DNA from: Synechococcales cyanobacterium VAR_4_metabat_354
Lineage (GTDB): Bacteria > Cyanobacteriota > Cyanobacteriia > Cyanobacteriales > Chamaesiphonaceae
DNA length: 64,000 nucleotides
Direction of reading: 5' to 3'
Assembly (NCBI GenBank): GCA_031414775.1
Contig: JANOQI010000062.1
Span: forward strand, 64,001-128,000
Positions 19,921 through 30,135 of the stretch are shown here, one piece after another; the first letter of the stretch is position 1; every line of letters begins with the position of its first letter. Under the pieces are notes generated by a model. The model did no database searches and was not told the DNA's origin. It worked only from the letters and a program-made list of their open reading frames with translations. The translations under genes and the position numbers were made by a program.

Positions 19921-20721
19921 CTAGCCTTCGCTTTCGGAGGGGGTGGAATTGATCACAGACGGAGCCAAGTAAGCTACCAAAACTCCAATCAAAAAGCCAG
20001 CACAGTTCCGAAGTAGCGGTACCAAGTCGGCAGTGCGCGTAATCACTGGGGCAACACCAAAAGCAATGAACAGAATCCCCCACAGTGGCGAAAATATTAA
20101 CGCCCATTGCCAAGCAAAAGTTTGGCCAGGTTTACGCGGGTAAGCCGCAAATCCACAGATGATTCCGCCCAAGATAGAAGCACTTAAGGTAAGCAGCCAC
20201 TGTTCCTGCGGCAATCCGGGTACTACGATACAGCCACCTTTGGCCAAGCAACCTTTGACAGCACTTAATGAGTCTAGAATCGCCCCATCTTCCCCGTGTT
20301 CTCGTACGTAATACATATTACCAAAGCGGGTTTGCAGCTCAATCCAGAAGCTACGCGGCATTAACCGATAAGCTGTGTTACCAACATTAAAGTTCAAGAT
20401 ATTGCCACCGCGCGAATCGGCCACCAACAACACACTTTTATCATCTAAGCCCCAATACTTCTTCACCGATCGCCCTGGTGTTCGATCGAACTGCGTTAAA
20501 ACTCGCAGTTTCCAGCCAGTTTCCGTCTCAAACTGACCAATTTCAGTAGCGAGCCGCTCTTCTTGAAAAGGAGTGAGAGCTTTAGCTAAGTCGATAATGG
20601 GAGTTTGTTCTTTGGGCAGCAAGTCAGGATTGTCGTAAGCCAAAGCTGCTGGAGCATTGAAAAAAAGGCAGAAGCTAAAAAAAATGGTAAGTAGCGGCAG
20701 CAGAAGACGGCGACGAATCAT
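19921..20721 (-). CDS. TPM-domain thylakoid protein
   Basis: AYDNPDLLP..QTPIIDLA, GWKLRVLTQ, FWIELQTRFGN; C-terminal TM segments. Confidence 0.85.
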   Translation of the reverse strand: MIRRRLLLPLLTIFFSFCLFFNAPAALAYDNPDLLPKEQTPIIDLAKALTPFQEERLATEIGQFETETGWKLRVLTQFDRTPGRSVKKYWGLDDKSVLLVADSRGGNILNFNVGNTAYRLMPRSFWIELQTRFGNMYYVREHGEDGAILDSLSAVKGCLAKGGCIVVPGLPQEQWLLTLSASILGGIICGFAAYPRKPGQTFAWQWALIFSPLWGILFIAFGVAPVITRTADLVPLLRNCAGFLIGVLVAYLAPSVINSTPSESEG

Positions 20722-20851
20722 ATGACAAGGGTACTAAAAGAATTATGGGGGCGTGAAATTTAAGTATATAAATGTTTATATTTCTTCTAATGTAGCAAAA
20801 AATAACCCCTAGTGATCCCCAGAGGTTACTATTCATAAATGTTAGGTGGAA

Positions 20852-22279
20852 TTACTGGTCAGCAGCACCCTCTGCCCATTCCGTGTGGAATACACCGGGT
20901 TTATCGGTGCGTTCATAGGTGTGCGCCCCAAAGTAATCGCGCTGTGCCTGAGTCAGATTTTGGGGCAGATTAGTCCGCCGGTAGCTATCAAAATAGTCTA
21001 AAGAAGCACTAAAGGCCGGAACTGCAATGCCCAACAGTGCCGCTTGACTAAGAACTTCCCGCCAAGCAGCCTGTCGATCGAGGATCGTCTGCTTAAACTC
21101 TTTGGCTAACAATAGGTTAGGCAGATCTGGTTGATCTCTAAAAGCTTGCTTAATGCTGCCCAAGAAGCCAGCTTGAATAATGCAACCGCCTTTCCAGATC
21201 CCAGCAATATCGCCCAGCTTGAGCTGATATTTATTAACTTGAGATGCTGTATTTAGCAAAGCCATACCCTGAGCATAGGAACAAATCTTAGAGCAATACA
21301 AAGCATCCCGGATTTGGTTAATGAAAGTAGCTTTGTCACCAGTAAATTTAGCAGTGGGGCCAGTAAGAATCTGCGCTGCTGCCACCCGCTCAGTCTTGAG
21401 GCTAGACATAATTCGGGCATTAACTGCCGCGATAATGGTCGGAATCGGCACGCCTAATTCCAGCGCACTTTGAACTGTCCAACGGCCGGTACCTTTCTGA
21501 CCAGCCGCATCCATAATCAGCTCAACCAGGGCTTGGTTAGTTTCGGGATCGATCACCTTAAAGATGTCAGCGGTAATTCTAATTAAGAAAGATTCCAGTT
21601 CAGCAGTCTTGTTCCAGTCGGTAAATACCTGATGGATCTCTTGATGGTCTAGACCCAATACATTCTTAAGCAAGTCATAAGCTTCGGCAATTAGCTGCAT
21701 ATCGCCATATTCAATGCCGTTGTGCACCATTTTCACGTAGTGACCAGCACCACCGGGACCAATATAAGTAACACAGGGACCATCATCTACCTGAGCAGCA
21801 ATTTTCACCAAGATCGGTTCGAGGTTCTTATAAGCAGCTTCCGTACCACCAGGCATCAGACTAGGGCCTTTCAAGGCTCCTTCTTCGCCACCACTCACAC
21901 CCATGCCGATGAAGGTGAGGCCAGTGTTTTCTAATTCGGTGGTGCGACGGGCAGTGTCATCAAATAGCGAGTTACCACCATCGATAATGGTGTCGCCTTT
22001 CGCTAGTAGGGGTTTGAGCTGTTGAATTACGGCATCTACTGGACCACCAGCCTTGACCATAACTAATATGCGGCGGGGCTGCTCAAGGCTGGCCACGAAT
22101 TCTTCGAGGGTAAATGCGGCTTTGACATTTTTTCCTTGGGCGCGGGTGGCCATGAAAGTATCGGTCTTTTCCCGCGATCGGTTAAAAACAGAAACAGAGA
22201 AACCTTTGCTTTCAACGTTGAGAGCCAGATTTTCACCCATTACTGCTAGGCCAATCACACCAAAGCTTTGTAAAGTCAT
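20852..22279 (-). CDS. gnd: 6-phosphogluconate dehydrogenase (decarboxylating)
   Basis: GLAVMGENLA, GVSGGEEGA, KMVHNGIEYGDMQ, QAQRDYFGAHTY. Confidence 0.98.
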   Translation of the reverse strand: MTLQSFGVIGLAVMGENLALNVESKGFSVSVFNRSREKTDTFMATRAQGKNVKAAFTLEEFVASLEQPRRILVMVKAGGPVDAVIQQLKPLLAKGDTIIDGGNSLFDDTARRTTELENTGLTFIGMGVSGGEEGALKGPSLMPGGTEAAYKNLEPILVKIAAQVDDGPCVTYIGPGGAGHYVKMVHNGIEYGDMQLIAEAYDLLKNVLGLDHQEIHQVFTDWNKTAELESFLIRITADIFKVIDPETNQALVELIMDAAGQKGTGRWTVQSALELGVPIPTIIAAVNARIMSSLKTERVAAAQILTGPTAKFTGDKATFINQIRDALYCSKICSYAQGMALLNTASQVNKYQLKLGDIAGIWKGGCIIQAGFLGSIKQAFRDQPDLPNLLLAKEFKQTILDRQAAWREVLSQAALLGIAVPAFSASLDYFDSYRRTNLPQNLTQAQRDYFGAHTYERTDKPGVFHTEWAEGAADQ

Positions 22280-22361
22280 AAATAGAGATTGTGAAGTTTT
22301 GCCGTTTTTTTTAGGTTAACTGATCCCCATCGCAGTGGTCTAAATATGGAGGAAACTTAAG

Positions 22362-22410
22362 ATTTCAGAACAAAAAAAGCGGCTTACAGCCGCTTTTTTT
22401 ATTCTGAAAT
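22362..22410. terminator. rho-independent terminator of porin gene
   Basis: ATTTCAGAA-C-AAAAAAAGCGGCT-TAC-AGCCGCTTTTTTT-A-TTCTGAAAT. Confidence 0.85.
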
Positions 22411-22417
22411 ACTTTAC

Positions 22418-24073
22418 TTAGAATGTGAAAGTAGTTCTGACAGTACCAATAAGCGCGCCACCAGCATTGGGGTCTGCTTGGTTAGGGTTAGTCAAGTAGA
22501 TCAAGCCTGGAGTGATCGACAGACCATCATTCAGCTTGTACTTATAAAAAGTCTCCAAATGATAAGAACTATTAGCACCAGGTACACCGATCGCCGCAGC
22601 GTTAGTGACAGTCGGAGCCTGACCAGCAAAGAAACCTAGCAAGTTGCCTGGTTGACCAAAGTTAGGCAGAGCCACTCCAACACCATAAGTTAGGACATCA
22701 GCATTCGGGCTACCACCAGCCGCTAGAGCTGCGGAAGTCTTGCTGATAAAGCCACTCAACGACAGGTTATCACTAGCTTTATAAGCTGCAGATAGTCCAT
22801 AAGAGTTACTAGTAGAAAAACCACCAGGAATACCGGTTGGATTGGTTGTTGGGTCTTGAGCGGCAGTCAAGGAAGAACCAACGATCGGACCAGCACTACC
22901 AAAGTTGTAGATAGCACCACCATCATGATAAGCATTGACATAAGTTAAACCGAAGTCAAACTTATCGCTAGGCTTAAAGTTGACTTGTGCCAAGAAAGAA
23001 TTACGACCGCCGAAAAGTCCCTTAGTGGGGTCATTGGCAGCAGTGCCACCAAAATAGCTGAGATTCACAGAATCTAGAAAAGTACTATTACCGTCATTTA
23101 GAGGAATTGCTAGGCCAATCCCAGTACCACCACCAATTTTATAAATGGGGTTTTCTTCAGCGAAGAAAGACAGCGCTCCATTCCCACCATCAAAATCTTG
23201 GAAATAAGGGTTGTGAGTTTCAGCGTAGTCCGAATGGATACCATTTACAGCAGCGGTGTAGACAGTAGATTTACCCACTGGAAATTGATAGGCCAACCAG
23301 TCTATTCCTACATTGTTGTTGGAGTAACCAGCGTAAGTAGGATTACCTTCAACTGGTACTGCTCCATTCTTTAAGTTGCCGTAACCGCTAAAGTTACCAG
23401 CAGCCAAACGAGTGAATAGTTTGTCTTTACCAGTAAAGCTAGTTTCTAGTAAGAGGCGCACCCGGTCGCTAAGCGTACCATTACTACCGGCTACACCACC
23501 ACTGATCACGCCATTCAATCCAAAAACCACCTCGCCTTTCAGCTTGGTAGTCGTCGAAAACTGACTGGTTTGGGATTGGGCTAGTGAAGTGCGTTCCGCC
23601 TTCTCAATACGGGCATCTAAAGTACTGAGTTCTGCCCGAAACTCTTGAGTTAAGCGACGTAGTACTTCTAAATCTTGAGCAGAAACATCACTGGAGTTAT
23701 TAGCCAAAACTGGCTCGGCTTTTTTAAGGCAAGCATTAAGACCATTAGCAAAATCTTCACGAGAAATAGCTGCACCAGTCAAACTAGCATCGCATTTATA
23801 TTTACTTTCTAAGCTTTTTAGCGAGGTGTATTGCCAATCGGCAGGCTTAATTAAAGCGCCGGATTCTGCTACTGCGGCGTTCTTCGCAACTAGGGCACCA
23901 GATGTAGTATCAGCGACAATTCCACCGACTTCATCTAGGTTAGTGGAAACTGTCTTAATAGAAATTTCTTCTGACTTAACGTTTGATGCAGCAAAGGCGT
24001 TAGCAGATGCAAAAAAACTGATGGCATATGCTGCGGGGACTGCAAACAGTAACTTCCATGAAATATTTGACAT
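22418..24073 (-). CDS. SLH-domain cyanobacterial outer-membrane porin (OprB/iron-uptake porin family)
   Basis: Signal peptide, SLH-like region, coiled coil, QFSTTTKLKGE, C-terminal GTVRTTFTF. Confidence 0.95.
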   Translation of the reverse strand: MSNISWKLLFAVPAAYAISFFASANAFAASNVKSEEISIKTVSTNLDEVGGIVADTTSGALVAKNAAVAESGALIKPADWQYTSLKSLESKYKCDASLTGAAISREDFANGLNACLKKAEPVLANNSSDVSAQDLEVLRRLTQEFRAELSTLDARIEKAERTSLAQSQTSQFSTTTKLKGEVVFGLNGVISGGVAGSNGTLSDRVRLLLETSFTGKDKLFTRLAAGNFSGYGNLKNGAVPVEGNPTYAGYSNNNVGIDWLAYQFPVGKSTVYTAAVNGIHSDYAETHNPYFQDFDGGNGALSFFAEENPIYKIGGGTGIGLAIPLNDGNSTFLDSVNLSYFGGTAANDPTKGLFGGRNSFLAQVNFKPSDKFDFGLTYVNAYHDGGAIYNFGSAGPIVGSSLTAAQDPTTNPTGIPGGFSTSNSYGLSAAYKASDNLSLSGFISKTSAALAAGGSPNADVLTYGVGVALPNFGQPGNLLGFFAGQAPTVTNAAAIGVPGANSSYHLETFYKYKLNDGLSITPGLIYLTNPNQADPNAGGALIGTVRTTFTF

Positions 24074-24215
24074 AACTTTAAATGTTTCTCCTCAGGCACT
24101 ATTGATTTAGTATTTCGCTCACTGCCAAGCAATGGTAGGTTCAGTAACACTTTGTATTACTGACATTATATGTACAACAACTTTACTTCCAGAATAGTCT
24201 GGAGACCCAGCAGTC

Positions 24216-24258
24216 ATATTATGATCTTCAATCATGACAGTTTTGTATGACTTGATAC
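24216..24258 (-). promoter_or_regulatory. putative NtcA-activated promoter of the porin
   Basis: GTA-TGACTTGA-TAC at 24245-24258; TAATAT (-10, minus strand) at 24216-24221, 23 nt away. Confidence 0.55.
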
Positions 24259-24413
24259 TATCCTGTTGAGCTGGTAACTTTGCTGATGTTAAAAGCAATC
24301 GTAACAGTCTCTTCAGCAGAGCAAGGCATTGAGCGATTCTGTATAATTTGTATCAAAAAATACTATTAGCAATTATACCCAGGTTGTTCTGGTAAATCTA
24401 CCACCAAAACTAT

Positions 24414-24460
24414 CCGCCCCCGCAGCTATCTGGTCAATACCAAAATAACTACAGGGGCGG
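24414..24460 (-). other. long RNA hairpin with G-U pairs (candidate ncRNA or leader element)
   Basis: Minus strand CCGCCCCUGUAGUUAU-UUUGGU-AUUG-ACCAG-AUAGCUGCGGGGGCGG. Confidence 0.45.
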
Positions 24461-24706
24461 TCTAGCGGATTTCCATCGCTGGAACCTGACTGCCAGGAAA
24501 ACTCCAAGCATCTTTAAGGCTTAAACTGTCTCGCGTCGCTTAGAGAACAGTCCCGGCACACAGCCGGCTAGCTCCAGTCTGCAAACCCATCAATTTACTA
24601 CTATCTGGCATCGGCACCACCTCCTATTTACTGAAAGGACACTGAGGTTGAGCAACGATTCGTTCTAACCTACTAAAATCATTATAGCCTTTGAGACACG
24701 GCAATT

Positions 24707-25159
24707 GTGATATATATTTCGGCTTTAGCTTTAGATGTGGGTAGCAAAAGAATTGGGGTGGCGGGCTGTGATGGGACGGGTCTAATTGCAACGGGCATCA
24801 TGACGATCGATCGAACTTCTTTTGAACAGGACTTGGCAGTTATTCGACAGTTGATTGCCGATCGATCTGTTTCTATGTTGGTAGTGGGTCTGCCCTATAC
24901 CTTGGCGGGGGAGCTAGGCGCTCAGGCCAGGCAGGTGCAAAAATTTGCGCGGCGAGTGGCTAAAGCCGTGGAGCTGCCGGTGGAGTATATGGATGAGCGG
25001 CTAACTTCGGTGACGGCAGAGCAGCTGATGATCGCGGCGGGTCAGTCGCCCAGGGATGATAAAGGCATGATCGATCGGAAGGCGGCAGCGCTAATCTTGC
25101 AAGACTGGCTGAATCAGCGACGTGCTCAGCTAGATGCTGACTCTGTTGCAAAAAAGTAA
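24707..25159 (+). CDS. ruvX: YqgF/RuvX family nuclease
   Basis: ALDVGSKRIGVA, VVGLP, DERLTS, IDRKAAALILQ. Confidence 0.93.
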   Translation: MIYISALALDVGSKRIGVAGCDGTGLIATGIMTIDRTSFEQDLAVIRQLIADRSVSMLVVGLPYTLAGELGAQARQVQKFARRVAKAVELPVEYMDERLTSVTAEQLMIAAGQSPRDDKGMIDRKAAALILQDWLNQRRAQLDADSVAKK

Positions 25160-25187
25160 AGTTTTGGTTTCAGGCATCAGACCGAAT

Positions 25188-26705
25188 TCATACTTTTAGG
25201 CCCAAGTCCACCGCCATCCGGTGGGCACAAGCAAAGCCCGAAAAAGCCACGGCATTTAATCCTTGACCAGGAAAAGTACTGTCACCCACACAGTAAAGAC
25301 CAGGTATTTTGGTGCGATTGAAAGGCATTGGTAATAAACCCGCTAATTTACGGCGGGGCATCGGGCCATAACTGCCATCGACTCGTCCTAAAAAGCGCCG
25401 ATGGCTGCGCGGGGTGCCAATTTCTAAGAAATCAATTCCTTGATCGAGTCCGGGAAATAATTTTTCTAATCGATCGATCAAGACTCCTGCTTGGATTTCT
25501 TTCTGTTGCTCATATTCAACTGCTGTTAGATCTTGCCAATCATCTAACCAGCTGGGTGTAAAAGCATGAATGATGTGATATCCCGGCGGAGCCAGGTCGG
25601 GATCAAGCAAGGTAGGAATAGAAACAAATAAAACACCAGCTGCGCTTCTAGCCTCAGTCATTTTGTCCCAATTAGCCAACTGAATGTGATGGCATTCAGT
25701 ACCGGCGGGTAGTACGGCGGCAGCTACTCCGATATGGAGACTGAGAAAGCTGGGAGATTTTTGATAGTTGTGTTGCCATTTTTGTTCGCGGCGAGGCAAG
25801 GGAACATCAGCCAGTAATTTACCAAAGGTGTCCCAGCGGGTGGCGTTGGAAACAATTTTTTGGGCATAGATTTTTTGGCCATTAACCAGCTCGACTCCCA
25901 CCGCTTGACCACCAGCCATCATAATTTGTTGGACGCGGGCACGGTACTGGATTTCGCCACCATGTTTTTCTAGTCCTTCTACTAGTTTTTGGGCAATCTG
26001 ACCCACCCCACCCTTGGGGTAGTTGATACCACCATAATGTCGATCAGAGAACACCATCCCCGCGTTAATCATCGGGGTCAAATCCGCCGGGACTACTGAC
26101 CAGGAATAACACTCAATATCAATAAACTTAAGGACTTGAGGATCTTTGATGTATTTTCGGGCAATATCCCCAGCATTTACTGGCAGATATTTAGCTAGAC
26201 CCAGACAGGATAAAGGTTTTTGAAAAAAGACCCGGGTCAGATAACGAATTTCTTCTAAGGACAACAAGTCCATGGAGTTTAGGCAATTGAAGACTTGCCA
26301 GCATTCATCATAGAACTTGCGAATGCCGATCGCCTCATGGGGAAACTTGCTGACTAATTCTTGAATGAATTGCTCATAATCGCGATGAACCTTGATGTCC
26401 AAATCCCCTGGCAGATGGTAGTGAATTTGCACCGGATCAGGAATGGTTTCAATACTCATCCCGACATCGGCGAGGGCTTTAGTCAGCAGGTTGGTAGTAC
26501 CTTGGCTGCCAAATCCAAAAATCATCGAAGCCCCCACATCAAAGCGATAGCCCTCTCGATCAAAGTAACCCGCGCTGCCTCCTGGAATCAAATAACTCTC
26601 TAAAACCAATACTTTTGCACCTTTGGCCGCTAGCTGAGTGGCCGTCACCAATCCGCCAATTCCGGAGCCAATTACAACGACATCATGTTGGTCTTGAGCA
26701 AGCAT
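25188..26705 (-). CDS. crtH: carotenoid isomerase
   Basis: [55 protein letters not shown]. Confidence 0.95.
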   Translation of the reverse strand: MLAQDQHDVVVIGSGIGGLVTATQLAAKGAKVLVLESYLIPGGSAGYFDREGYRFDVGASMIFGFGSQGTTNLLTKALADVGMSIETIPDPVQIHYHLPGDLDIKVHRDYEQFIQELVSKFPHEAIGIRKFYDECWQVFNCLNSMDLLSLEEIRYLTRVFFQKPLSCLGLAKYLPVNAGDIARKYIKDPQVLKFIDIECYSWSVVPADLTPMINAGMVFSDRHYGGINYPKGGVGQIAQKLVEGLEKHGGEIQYRARVQQIMMAGGQAVGVELVNGQKIYAQKIVSNATRWDTFGKLLADVPLPRREQKWQHNYQKSPSFLSLHIGVAAAVLPAGTECHHIQLANWDKMTEARSAAGVLFVSIPTLLDPDLAPPGYHIIHAFTPSWLDDWQDLTAVEYEQQKEIQAGVLIDRLEKLFPGLDQGIDFLEIGTPRSHRRFLGRVDGSYGPMPRRKLAGLLPMPFNRTKIPGLYCVGDSTFPGQGLNAVAFSGFACAHRMAVDLGLKV

Positions 26706-26953
26706 AGAAAAAATGAATATAAAAGCGCTGCTAAATAGTTTAGCTGTTTCCTGGCTACCGATCACTAGTTCCAATTCAAATCGAGCCATGGATCATCTTA
26801 ATCAGCAAAATCTGTTCTGTTGATTTTTCAAAAGGCGAACACTCTAAATAACGATTACAAAGACTGTGTTTTGGGAATTTATCAAATCACTATTAGAAGA
26901 CTCCACAAATACCGAGCCAGTGTAATTTATATTGACAATAGTGTGAATTTATA

Positions 26954-26991
26954 TTAGGTAATAGAATGGAGTTTTCTATTCTATTACCTAA
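26954..26991. repeat. perfect 14-bp inverted repeat
   Basis: TTAGGTAATAGAAT-GGAGTTTTCT-ATTCTATTACCTAA. Confidence 0.7.
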
Positions 26992-27219
26992 AGAAATTGA
27001 GGAGAAAACTAATATACTGCACATAACATATAGCTATAAATCAGTAGTCATTTTAAAATCCCCAGAAAGCCATTTAGCTGAAATACTTGATTTACTAGAA
27101 TCAAGTTTGACAACATAGTCTGCATTGGAGTAAGTTAGACAAAACAGTTGCCAAAAGTAATAGTCTCAGCTCCAATATTAACTATTCCACTCCAATCAAA
27201 AGAAATCAAGAAAACTAAT

Positions 27220-27690
27220 ATGCAGGAATTGACATCGACTAAATTAGAGACGATGGGTATTTTCTCTGAGATGGAGTCAATGATCATACTTCAGGGAAAA
27301 AAGTTTAGTCGTGGCCCATCTTTCTCTTTAAAAAATCGTGCAATTGGAATTAGTTTCTGTGAGCGAGAAGAACGAAGAGGATATGACTTTTTGCTAGTAG
27401 CAAGTGCAACATCAGTGACAGTTTGGAAAGAAATAAAAACTACAATAGAAACTTCAAATAGCTCTTTTTTTGAGTTGGACAAGCAGAATTTTGTTGAATG
27501 CTGTCGCCAAGAATTAACTAAGTGTATTGGCCCTATAGCTTTATTAATTATGGATGAACTAATCTCTGATTTGAAATTGAAAACTCCTACTCAGTTTTTA
27601 GATCGAATCGAGGCGCAAATTCCAGACTCCAAATTAGTTACTGAGTTCCGATCTAATGTTATGTCAGCTTGGAATCCAGAAAGTTTTTAA
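27220..27690 (+). CDS. hypothetical protein
   Basis: AT-rich ORF; C-terminal CRQELTKCIGPIA...IPD helical module resembling tails of cyanobacterial signalling proteins. Confidence 0.7.
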   Translation: MQELTSTKLETMGIFSEMESMIILQGKKFSRGPSFSLKNRAIGISFCEREERRGYDFLLVASATSVTVWKEIKTTIETSNSSFFELDKQNFVECCRQELTKCIGPIALLIMDELISDLKLKTPTQFLDRIEAQIPDSKLVTEFRSNVMSAWNPESF

Positions 27691-28629
27691 CTATTTCTTT
27701 GGTGTATGAATCCGGGTAATAGCCATTTGCAAACTGATACCCAGTCGATCGATCGATTGAGAAAGTAAACCAATTTCATCTTGACGTTGACTATCCAATT
27801 TCTGATCTAGATCTCCCATACTAATTGATTCCACAATGTGAGCAATTCTAGTAATAGGCTTGACTACTTGTTGCTGCAACCAACGGTGCAGTGTGGTAAT
27901 CGCAATTCCAAAGATAACAAGTGTGACTAACGCGATCGAGATAAATAATTGCTGAGCATTACTCAGAATTTTCTGAGCCGGAACCAATACTATTTGGGCA
28001 CCAATAATTTCGTTAAGATGCCAGTTAAACCCATTTTTGGTACCATATTTAGCAATCATCTGTTTTGGTGCTTTGGCCGGTGTACTATGACATTCTAAAC
28101 AACTTTTTTGAGAAACTGATAGGGGACGAGCAATATAAAAAACATCGTGATTTATCCGAGGAGTACTTGCTAAGAATCCAGATTTTTCCTTGAGGTTAAA
28201 ATCATTACGAAACTGTTCGATAATCTTGGACTCAAAAGAATCAGCTTTATCATTAATATTAGTAGGATTTAGAGCCGTTTCTCGGTAAAGAAAATCTTTG
28301 TACTGAGGATTTTTTCGTAAGTTTTCAAAAACAGTATGAGCAGAAAATGCCGGAACAACTTCAGGTGAAAATTTGGCTGTGATCTGTTTACTTAACTGGG
28401 GTGTAATATTGCTAGTAGTATAGTCTCGCACTGAATTCATTGTCTCCATGAGAATCATGGCTTTCGAGCTTACTTCTTGCTGGGCTTTTTGGTTAACCAT
28501 AAATGTAATGAAAATGCCACTAATCATCATGCCAATTAAAAAAATCAGACAAGTGATAACAGTGAGCTTTTGAGTAAGACGAAGTCTTTGTAAAAATCTT
28601 TGTAAAAAAAGTGATTTCAGGATAGTCAT
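27691..28629 (-). CDS. DUF3365 (Tll0287-like) c-type haem sensor with HAMP domain
   Basis: TM, VPAFSA, LNPTN..DKAD, SCLECHST (CxxCH), TM, HAMP (DEIGLLSQSIDRL). Confidence 0.9.
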   Translation of the reverse strand: MTILKSLFLQRFLQRLRLTQKLTVITCLIFLIGMMISGIFITFMVNQKAQQEVSSKAMILMETMNSVRDYTTSNITPQLSKQITAKFSPEVVPAFSAHTVFENLRKNPQYKDFLYRETALNPTNINDKADSFESKIIEQFRNDFNLKEKSGFLASTPRINHDVFYIARPLSVSQKSCLECHSTPAKAPKQMIAKYGTKNGFNWHLNEIIGAQIVLVPAQKILSNAQQLFISIALVTLVIFGIAITTLHRWLQQQVVKPITRIAHIVESISMGDLDQKLDSQRQDEIGLLSQSIDRLGISLQMAITRIHTPKK

Positions 28630-28816
28630 TTCTGATATATATGTGAAGAATAATTAATTCAAAATCTTGTTTAAGGGCTAAGTATAAAAGATAGTTGATG
28701 CTGGAAATATCACCAAGATTTCAAAGAAAGTGGCACATACGATTGCTAATTGTGAAGATGTTTAAAATTCCAAGAACACGAGTAATTACTTTTTACTATT
28801 CGGATTTAGTTATAAG

Positions 28817-30046
28817 TTAGCAGTGGCTCATTGTATTAATCGCTTCTTCTAAGGCAATGGCCACATGTGTCCAATGGGTACCCCCCTGACAAAAAGCGAT
28901 ATATGGTTCTCGTAATGGTCCATCTGCTGAAAATTCAGAGGTGCTGCCATCAATAAATGTTCCCCCAGCCATGATGAGTTGGTCTTCATAACCAGGTTGA
29001 GCCGCCGGTACGGGGTCGAGATAGGAGCCGATCGGAGAATGTTTTTGGATCGATCGACAAAAAGCTGTTAACTTTTCGGGTGAACCCAACTTAATGGCTT
29101 GAATCACATCCCGACGCGGTGCCAGGGGCGCGGGATTCACCGGATAACCCATTTTGTCGAAAACATAAGCTACTAAATGATTACCCTTTTTAGCTTCTCC
29201 CACCATTTGTGGCGCGAGGAATAGTCCCTGAAACAGCAGCCGGTTTTGCTCAAAGGTGGCACCACCAGCACTGCCAATCCCCGGTGCCGTCAACCGACAG
29301 GCTGCTGCCTCGACTAAGTCCGCCCGACCAGCCACGTAACCACCACTGGTAACGATCGTACCGCCCGGATTTTTGATCAAAGACCCGGCAATTAGATCAG
29401 CTCCTACTGCTGGTGGCTCGCAGTTTTCGATGAATTCGCCATAGCAGTTATCCACAAAGCAAATAGTATCAGGATTCTGTTGTTTGACAATGGCAATGAT
29501 GCGACCGATTTGTTCGATCGATAAAGAAGCTCGCCAAGCATAACCACAGGAACGTTGAATATGTACCAACTTAGTTTCTGGTCGTACGGCTTGAGCTAGA
29601 GCTGCCCAATCCACTTGTTGATCAGCTGTTAAAGGCAGTTCCCGATAGCTCACCCCCAACTCCCGCAAAGAACCCTGGCCGCTACCGCGCACGCCAATTA
29701 CTTCCTCTAGGGTGTCGTAGGGAGCACCGACGACGGCCAGCATTTCGTCCCCTGGTCTTAACACACCATAAAGAGCGCAAGCGATCGCATGAGTACCCGA
29801 GACAAACTGCACCCGTACCACCGCCGCCGCCGCTCCCATTAATTCGGCAAAAACTTTATCAAGGGTCTCCCGACCCAAATCATCATGCCCATAGCCACTT
29901 ACACTGCTGAAATGATGTGTTCCCACCCGGTGATTGCGGAAACTTTGTAAAACTCGATTCAGATTTTCCTTGACTTGTCCATCAATACCAACAAAAATTT
30001 GTATTAAGGCTTTCTCTGCCTCTTGGATCAGTACAGCTTTATTCAT
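28817..30046 (-). CDS. PLP-dependent methionine gamma-lyase-like / aluminium-resistance (YnbB) family protein
   Basis: GYGHDDLGR, FVSGTHAI, QRSCGY, FVDNCYGEF, GSLIKNPGG. Confidence 0.92.
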   Translation of the reverse strand: MNKAVLIQEAEKALIQIFVGIDGQVKENLNRVLQSFRNHRVGTHHFSSVSGYGHDDLGRETLDKVFAELMGAAAAVVRVQFVSGTHAIACALYGVLRPGDEMLAVVGAPYDTLEEVIGVRGSGQGSLRELGVSYRELPLTADQQVDWAALAQAVRPETKLVHIQRSCGYAWRASLSIEQIGRIIAIVKQQNPDTICFVDNCYGEFIENCEPPAVGADLIAGSLIKNPGGTIVTSGGYVAGRADLVEAAACRLTAPGIGSAGGATFEQNRLLFQGLFLAPQMVGEAKKGNHLVAYVFDKMGYPVNPAPLAPRRDVIQAIKLGSPEKLTAFCRSIQKHSPIGSYLDPVPAAQPGYEDQLIMAGGTFIDGSTSEFSADGPLREPYIAFCQGGTHWTHVAIALEEAINTMSHC

Positions 30047-30135
30047 GCAGTGGTGCTGGAAGACGGTGTATAGATCTAATTTTGACGTAGATAGGGCATC
30101 TTGAGAATAAACAACAATATATATAGGGTTATTGA

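Noticed and set aside
25630..25660. Possible micro-insertion in crtH (TEARSAAG)
   Set aside because: Only about 3 extra residues and no restorable GATCG junction
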